A DNA stretch of 64,000 nucleotides from the NCBI GenBank assembly GCA_964636215.1, contig CAZWRJ010000003.1, forward strand, positions 6,743-70,742, given 5' to 3'. This document shows positions 58,151 to 64,000 of this stretch, one piece after another. Under the pieces are notes generated by a model. It did no database searches and was not told where the DNA came from. It saw only the letters and a list, made by a program, of their open reading frames with translations. The stretch comes from an uncultured Candidatus Saccharibacteria bacterium. Its GTDB lineage: Bacteria > Patescibacteriota > Saccharimonadia > Saccharimonadales > CAZJQT01. Within the stretch, counting starts at the first letter, position 1. Each line of letters starts with the position of its first letter. The position numbers and the translations under genes are program-made.

Positions 58151-58960
58151 ATGACCATACAGAACTTCTTGCGTACCAGTACAACCGAATTAACTAAGCA
58201 TGATGTGTTTACGGCAAGACTTGATTGTTTGGTGCTACTTGAGGACTTATTGAACACAGATCGTACTCAACTACTTGCGAATGGTGACAAAAAACTTAGT
58301 GTTGAACAACTTTCTATATTAAATCAACAAATTGAACGTCGGGGCGCCCACGAACCATTAGCCTACATTCGTGGTAAAACGGAGTTTTATGGTCGAGAGT
58401 TTGTGATTTCACCAGATACACTTGAACCCAGACCGGAAACCGAGACCATGATTGAGCTGGTTAAAAGTCTGGGTTTTACTAAAGGCACTAAACTTGCCGA
58501 TATCGGTGCTGGTAGTGGTGCGATTGGTATTACACTGGCCCTGGAAATACCTGGGCTTCTAGTTGATATGTATGAACTGAGTAAACCAGCCATTGAAATA
58601 GCCAAAAAAAATATAATGACTAACGGGGTTCAGAATTGTCATATATATAAGAGTGACCTACTTGCTGACCTAAAAACTAACTACCAAGTTATAGTTGCTA
58701 ACCTCCCTTATGTACCTGATAGTCATACAATTAACCCAGCTGCTATGCATGAACCAAAACTAGCGATTTTTGGCGGTCCTGATGGCTTAGATATCTACAG
58801 ACGTCTTTTTAGTCAAATAGCGGGTTTAGATCATAAGCCACATTATGTTTTAACTGAGGCTCTGCCCCCGCAGCACAAGGAGCTAGAACTAATTGCCAAA
58901 CAAAGTGGCTATAAGCAGTTAAAAACAGATGATTTCATTCAAGTATACGAGCTTACTTAG
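58151..58960 (+). CDS. prmC: release factor glutamine methyltransferase
   Basis: EPLAYI, PRPETE, DIGAGSG, ANLPY; follows prfA. Confidence 0.93.
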   Translation: MTIQNFLRTSTTELTKHDVFTARLDCLVLLEDLLNTDRTQLLANGDKKLSVEQLSILNQQIERRGAHEPLAYIRGKTEFYGREFVISPDTLEPRPETETMIELVKSLGFTKGTKLADIGAGSGAIGITLALEIPGLLVDMYELSKPAIEIAKKNIMTNGVQNCHIYKSDLLADLKTNYQVIVANLPYVPDSHTINPAAMHEPKLAIFGGPDGLDIYRRLFSQIAGLDHKPHYVLTEALPPQHKELELIAKQSGYKQLKTDDFIQVYELT

Positions 58961-60443
58961 AAGTTTGATCTTTATCGGTTGGTTCAATGATTTCTGGCGA
59001 TTCAGTTGGTGGTTCATTGGGGGTAGTTGGTTTAGTAGAAACTAGTGACGGGAAATGTCTATGCATAAATTCCTGTTTCTTCAGATAGCGCCAGCCAAAA
59101 TAGCCTCCTATTGCAAGACCCCCGAGTAAAATTATGAATCCAATAAGAATAGCCCAGCCCCATGGACCCTTAATGAGCTTTAAACTGTTTGTCGGATTAG
59201 TTATAAGACTCAGTACTCCGCTTGGTACGTCACCAGCGTTTTGAACACTACTATCAGGATTAGATTTATTATTGTCAGAGGTTTGCGAATCGTGATTTTT
59301 TGCCGATGAGCTACCTGAACCACCAGAGGAGGATGATCCAGATCCACCTCCAGATGAGCCGCCCTGGCCAGAATTTACACCTGTATCATCGAGAATAGCT
59401 GCTTCTATAGCCACAACTCCGGCATCAATATTTGTAATACCGTGTGATGCACCAGATACGGTTTCTTGGCTAAAATACGGCGTAACTCCTTTTAGTTTGG
59501 CTAAATAATCTTGAGCGTGAGCTGGTGCAACGGTAACATCAGCTGAACCAAAGATAAAATGCAATCTGGTAGTTGGATAGTTAAAATCAGTTCCTGCTTC
59601 AACACTGTCGGCTTTCCAATCTGGCGCGTAACTATCGTCATGACTCGCACAAGGCCCTGATGACGGATCACGTGGATTATAGCCATCATAAGAACTATCG
59701 ATATCACGGGCATTAGATACATCATAGTAGTAGTCTTCCTGCCCAGGCAGTCGTTGGCAACCTTTAGCTAAAGCGGCATGAGGTGGACCACTGGTTGGAA
59801 TAGCGGCGTCAATTATGCTATCTAACCCATAAAAACTGAGTGAAAATGATATTTGGCTGGAACCACCACTGTTACCAGATACACAAAAGCCACATTTACC
59901 AATTTTATCGGGGTGGATATTGAGATCTGCGTAAATGTTGTCATGGATCCACTTAATGGCAGTAGCTGGTCTACAAGCTAGTTTGGCTGGCCCCGGCTGT
60001 TCATTGCGCCCACTTTTGACCCAACCGTTGGGCCACGCTACTTGAATCATCGTTAATCCCTTGGCCCTCATATCAGATACAACCTGAAGTCTACCGCTGA
60101 CGCCACCGTCATGTGTCCACCAGTTACTACCATCTGCGCCACTAAACAACACGACTACACCGCGAACGGCGGTGGTGGCCTTACTTATACTCATATAACC
60201 GGGGGCGTCAGCGTTTGTACTTGGGCAGCTCACGTTAAACTGCGAACAAGTGGCACCGGAGTCACAATCTGGTGCTCCACTACCTGTTTGCGTGAACGTA
60301 CCCAGGGATAGGCTACTGGCTTTAGCTTGGCTATGCTTGTTCAAACCAAGTGCTAGTAAGTAAAAACTAACTATGACAAAACAGCTTGCCAGTAGAGCTT
60401 TCAGAGTATTTCCTAAAATTTTTGATGGTTTTAATTTAGTCAT
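58953..60443 (-). CDS. secreted, C-terminally anchored Cys-rich alpha/beta hydrolase (paralog 2)
   Basis: Same architecture as 23333-24778: GNSGG, GSAD...GASH, Gly/Ser linker, TM. Confidence 0.7.
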   Translation of the reverse strand: MTKLKPSKILGNTLKALLASCFVIVSFYLLALGLNKHSQAKASSLSLGTFTQTGSGAPDCDSGATCSQFNVSCPSTNADAPGYMSISKATTAVRGVVVLFSGADGSNWWTHDGGVSGRLQVVSDMRAKGLTMIQVAWPNGWVKSGRNEQPGPAKLACRPATAIKWIHDNIYADLNIHPDKIGKCGFCVSGNSGGSSQISFSLSFYGLDSIIDAAIPTSGPPHAALAKGCQRLPGQEDYYYDVSNARDIDSSYDGYNPRDPSSGPCASHDDSYAPDWKADSVEAGTDFNYPTTRLHFIFGSADVTVAPAHAQDYLAKLKGVTPYFSQETVSGASHGITNIDAGVVAIEAAILDDTGVNSGQGGSSGGGSGSSSSGGSGSSSAKNHDSQTSDNNKSNPDSSVQNAGDVPSGVLSLITNPTNSLKLIKGPWGWAILIGFIILLGGLAIGGYFGWRYLKKQEFMHRHFPSLVSTKPTTPNEPPTESPEIIEPTDKDQTSK

Positions 60444-60450
60444 TTGAAAC

Positions 60451-61638
60451 TTACGATTCGGGCAAAGCTTTAAGGGTGGCTTTTGCGGTCATTTCTTTTC
60501 CATCTCTAATAATAGTCAGTGTCACTTCGTCACCGACACTATGCTGACCAATTACAGAAGTGAGATTGTTATCGGTATCTAGTACAGTATCATCAACTTT
60601 GGTAATGATATCTTTTTCCTTTAGCCCTGCTGCTTCAGCTGGGCTGCCGCTCATTATTGAAGATTGGCCGTTAGTACTGGGTAATATATAAGCACCTTTG
60701 GTGGTGTCTAGTTTAAGCTTATCTGCTACGGCTGGAGTCAATGTTATATACCTAACACCTAAATAGGGTTGCTCGAACGCACCCGTTTTGAGAATACTGT
60801 CTATTAAGCCACGAATGTCGTTAATTGGAATGGCAAACCCAATGTTTTGGGCGGTGCCGCCGGCAATAGCAGTATTAATGGCTATAACCTCGCCGTTAAT
60901 ATTTACCAGTGGTCCGCCAGAATTACCCTGATTAATGGCGGCATCAGTCTGGAATAGATTTTGCAGGCTTTCACTACCAGTTTCGTCACCGGCTTGAACG
61001 CTGCGGTCAAAACCAGAGATTATGCCAGAGGTTACGGTGTTTTGAAACTCTCCTAGAGCATTACCGATGGCTACAACTTTATCGCCAACTCGAACCTCTG
61101 AAGAATCTCCTAACTTAGCCGGCACTAATTTTTTGCCTTTAGTGTCGCCAATCTTTAGAAAAGCCACATCGAGCGAACTACTGGTGTTACTGCGACCAAT
61201 AACCTCAACATTTTTGAATCTGGTTCCGTCGGCAAGAGTGATATTGACAGTTTTGGTTCCAGCCGGAACCACATGTCGATTAGTTACAATATAGCCATTG
61301 CTACTGATGATAATTCCGGTACCGGCGCTTTGTTGAAGAGTTGAAACGGGACCAAATGGACTTTGGGCTACCGCCTGGCTAGTCGTATCAATCGACACCA
61401 CGCTAGGACCAACCGTTTTGGCTATATTACTAATCAGTTGACTTTCATTAAGCACAACCTGTTGGGTGGCTTCTGTAGAGTTAGCTTGCTGTTTTAATTG
61501 AGCCCTGGAACCAAAATAACCGCCGCCAAAGCCGGCCGTAAGCGCAACCATTACGAGTAATATGTATCTCTTGGTTATATGACTAACAGGACCCTTGTTT
61601 TTGGTAGCATTCTCGGCTTGAATTTTGGGATCTGCCAT
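60451..61638 (-). CDS. HtrA/DegP-like S1C serine protease with PDZ
   Basis: TNRHV, DVAFLK, QTDAAINQGNSGGPL. Confidence 0.95.
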   Translation of the reverse strand: MADPKIQAENATKNKGPVSHITKRYILLVMVALTAGFGGGYFGSRAQLKQQANSTEATQQVVLNESQLISNIAKTVGPSVVSIDTTSQAVAQSPFGPVSTLQQSAGTGIIISSNGYIVTNRHVVPAGTKTVNITLADGTRFKNVEVIGRSNTSSSLDVAFLKIGDTKGKKLVPAKLGDSSEVRVGDKVVAIGNALGEFQNTVTSGIISGFDRSVQAGDETGSESLQNLFQTDAAINQGNSGGPLVNINGEVIAINTAIAGGTAQNIGFAIPINDIRGLIDSILKTGAFEQPYLGVRYITLTPAVADKLKLDTTKGAYILPSTNGQSSIMSGSPAEAAGLKEKDIITKVDDTVLDTDNNLTSVIGQHSVGDEVTLTIIRDGKEMTAKATLKALPES

Positions 61639-61662
61639 TTTTACATTTCCTCTTTGTGAATA

Positions 61663-62412
61663 CTAAAAAGTACTAGGACTCCACTCTGACAAAAGTAAGA
61701 CAATAGCAATAACGGCTACCATCACAAACACTATCTGACGACGCATAAAAATCGATAAACGATCAGTTTCGCTCAGATAATAGAGACTACCTAGTCCAAA
61801 GCCGATTATAGTTAAAAGCAACGTTGGTTGGGCAATCACGCTATAGAAAATTAGCCAGTGGCCAGATAGCCACATCAGAGCAGCTGCAAAATACCCCCAG
61901 GTGTGTGAATATAGTGAAGTTCGTGGTTCATCGAAACTAGTGAAAAAGTGACGAGCCGCCAAATAAGCTATAGCCCAACCCACTAGCATCAAAGTAAATA
62001 ATGGGCTGGCTGGCCAAGCTAGAAATAAAGCCATTAATCCGTAAGTTTGGCCAATGAAAGCCTGAGCTGAGACACTTAGCACGTTCCGACCAGGTTTTAT
62101 AACAACTTGCCAAACAACGTATAGAGCCGCCCAGAATAATTGCCAAGAACCACTGTGGCTGTGTGTCATGAAAACTATAGTGCTAAGCCCGACTATTAGA
62201 TCAATGGCATTGGCCCGAATATTTGCTGGCCAAAACCGTGGTCTTACAGCCAACATCCGCCATTTACTAAGTAGTAGTACAGTGACCGCTAGTGGTACTA
62301 CATGAATCCTGATCAGAACATAGATAATTGCTGGGACCAAAGCACTTAAGAATATGTGAACGATGTGTGCAAAGCCTTTGGTAGGCTTTACTTTAAGTGC
62401 CAGTGTTCTCAT
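61663..62412 (-). CDS. multi-TM hypothetical membrane protein
   Basis: Hydrophobic 249-aa ORF; SKWRMLAVRPRFW. Confidence 0.75.
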   Translation of the reverse strand: MRTLALKVKPTKGFAHIVHIFLSALVPAIIYVLIRIHVVPLAVTVLLLSKWRMLAVRPRFWPANIRANAIDLIVGLSTIVFMTHSHSGSWQLFWAALYVVWQVVIKPGRNVLSVSAQAFIGQTYGLMALFLAWPASPLFTLMLVGWAIAYLAARHFFTSFDEPRTSLYSHTWGYFAAALMWLSGHWLIFYSVIAQPTLLLTIIGFGLGSLYYLSETDRLSIFMRRQIVFVMVAVIAIVLLLSEWSPSTF

Positions 62413-64000
62413 TTTGCCCTAGTATTATAACAAAATCGGCGAGTCCAGGGTCTATTTTAGTATCCGGTAAACTGGTTACGGCTGTAGTTTTAAATCGCTG
62501 TTCTAAATAATGTTGAGTGTACTTATTTAAGCCGTTTCTTAGATCAACTAGAATAGTTTGAGAATAGTTGTGGGTCGGGGCGTCTTTAACCCCAATAATG
62601 TTATAACCGTAAGATTTGAGCTCAGTTTTCTTAGTTGTAGCCAGACCAGCAACACTAGTGCCATTTAGGATTAAGATTTTGGCGTTTTCTTTCGTAATAT
62701 GGCCATCAATTAATGATTTACGCACGAATAGTCTAATGGCGTCGTAATTGAACAAACCGGCTCTTGGTTCAACTACAGATAAGCCATTAACTCCGCCGGT
62801 TGTTAATAGGGCATTTGGTGGTGTAACCATATCAAGCGAAGTAATGTTTGAGGAGGTAATTTGTGAGCTGATGTCACGTAGCCTCAGTAAATTATCTAGT
62901 GACAGATCGGTGTAGACGTTACTACCTAGGCTCGATAGTAAATTAGATACTTTTAGTGGATTAGAAAGAGTGCCCAGACTAAAGGCTTTGTCTTTAAGTC
63001 CTTCTAACAACTGTCTTTGCCTCTGGCCTCTGGCGAAGTCTGAACTAGTCTCCCGCGAACGAGCGTAAAGCAAAGCTTGCTGTCCGAGCATAACCTGTAT
63101 GCCTTTGGCGGCAATTATCGGGTTATTGTTGTTTTCCCAGGCTATACTTGGGTCATACAGCTGTTCGGTCACATCAATCTTAACTCCTCCTACAGCATCT
63201 ACGGCTTGTTTGAAGGCTGAGAAATTAACTACGGCGTGATATTGGATGGGTATACCAAGAATCGGTTGCAGGGTTTGATCTAATAAGGCTATGCCAGCGC
63301 GCTTGCGAGTAGTAATTGATTTAGCAGTTGACTCTTCTTTACCGTAGGCATAGGCAGCGTTAATTTTTTGTTGACCGTGGCCGGGGATATTAACCCATAG
63401 GTCTCTAGGAATACTTAGTAGAACTGCTTTGTTGTTAATTGGGTCAATGCTAGCCAACAGAATAGTATCTGTTAGGTCTGGGCCATCATGGCCACTACCA
63501 CCAACCCCAAGTAGTAGGATATTGACCCGACCATCGCCTTCACCATTGAGTAAGTTAGGGTCGGCGTTTGGGTCAAGGGCTGCCGCATTACCACCGCCGT
63601 TTAGTACGTTATGGAGACCCCATATACCTCTACCAAACAAGAAACCAAAGATAAGTAGAATAACTACGGCGGAGCTAATTAATCCTTTTTTCCAGGTAAA
63701 AGGCTTTAGCCGAAGTTTTTTCCATATAGTTTTTTTAGTTGGTTTGTCCGGCGCTGGCTGTAAATTCAGCTCTATTTTTCCGTCTTTTCGACGGTGTGGG
63801 CTACGTCCTAACGGACGAGCATCTGTTGATTGTAGCTGAGGCTGTTTAGCCGGATGAAAACCATCAGATAATTTAAAATTATCTAACCGGGTTCTAGCCA
63901 GTAGTTGATTACCTCTTTCACGAATATTAGACGTTCTAAGCCCACTGGCACCCTTTCCTGGGTGGAGATCAGAAACAGATCCCGAAGTGACAATACCATC
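62393..64000 (-). CDS. LCP (LytR-CpsA-Psr) family protein with LytR_C domain, 5'-truncated
   Basis: LTDTILL, SIPRD, KINAAY, YARSR, DFARGQRQ; frame is open to the window end. Confidence 0.92.
   Translation of the reverse strand, partial: DGIVTSGSVSDLHPGKGASGLRTSNIRERGNQLLARTRLDNFKLSDGFHPAKQPQLQSTDARPLGRSPHRRKDGKIELNLQPAPDKPTKKTIWKKLRLKPFTWKKGLISSAVVILLIFGFLFGRGIWGLHNVLNGGGNAAALDPNADPNLLNGEGDGRVNILLLGVGGSGHDGPDLTDTILLASIDPINNKAVLLSIPRDLWVNIPGHGQQKINAAYAYGKEESTAKSITTRKRAGIALLDQTLQPILGIPIQYHAVVNFSAFKQAVDAVGGVKIDVTEQLYDPSIAWENNNNPIIAAKGIQVMLGQQALLYARSRETSSDFARGQRQRQLLEGLKDKAFSLGTLSNPLKVSNLLSSLGSNVYTDLSLDNLLRLRDISSQITSSNITSLDMVTPPNALLTTGGVNGLSVVEPRAGLFNYDAIRLFVRKSLIDGHITKENAKILILNGTSVAGLATTKKTELKSYGYNIIGVKDAPTHNYSQTILVDLRNGLNKYTQHYLEQRFKTTAVTSLPDTKIDPGLADFVIILGQNENTGT

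Overview
Core-genome window from a small-genome bacterium (~43% GC, code 11), most consistent with Patescibacteria/CPR, probably Saccharibacteria (TM7). This is inferred from gene content: a minimal dcw cluster, dimeric GlyRS, a sigma4/HARE-HTH protein, DUF5680, a degenerate two-component pair and many leaderless genes. Genes run + up to ~6.0 kb and mostly - thereafter, with a dif-like site at 6218-6245, so the window probably spans the replication terminus. Housekeeping genes include pth, topA, the dcw cluster, glyS, recO, xseAB, rpmA, pyrG, ftsEX, prfB, secA, serS, lysS, greA, proS, rseP, uppS, frr, tsf, rpsB, rpmE2, prfA, prmC, an HtrA-like protease and an LCP protein. The most striking unannotated structure is at 3616-4209: a ~63% GC segment closed by a perfect 14-bp inverted repeat. 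It carries a 39-codon ORF with actinobacterial-like codon bias and is followed immediately by a complete type III hammerhead ribozyme. A second, ~410-nt, highly structured ncRNA candidate with its own consensus promoter and terminator lies at 472-880 (-). Also present are a divergent heliorhodopsin, two paralogous membrane-anchored serine hydrolases and several structured leaders. All calls are from manual reading; no database searches were run.
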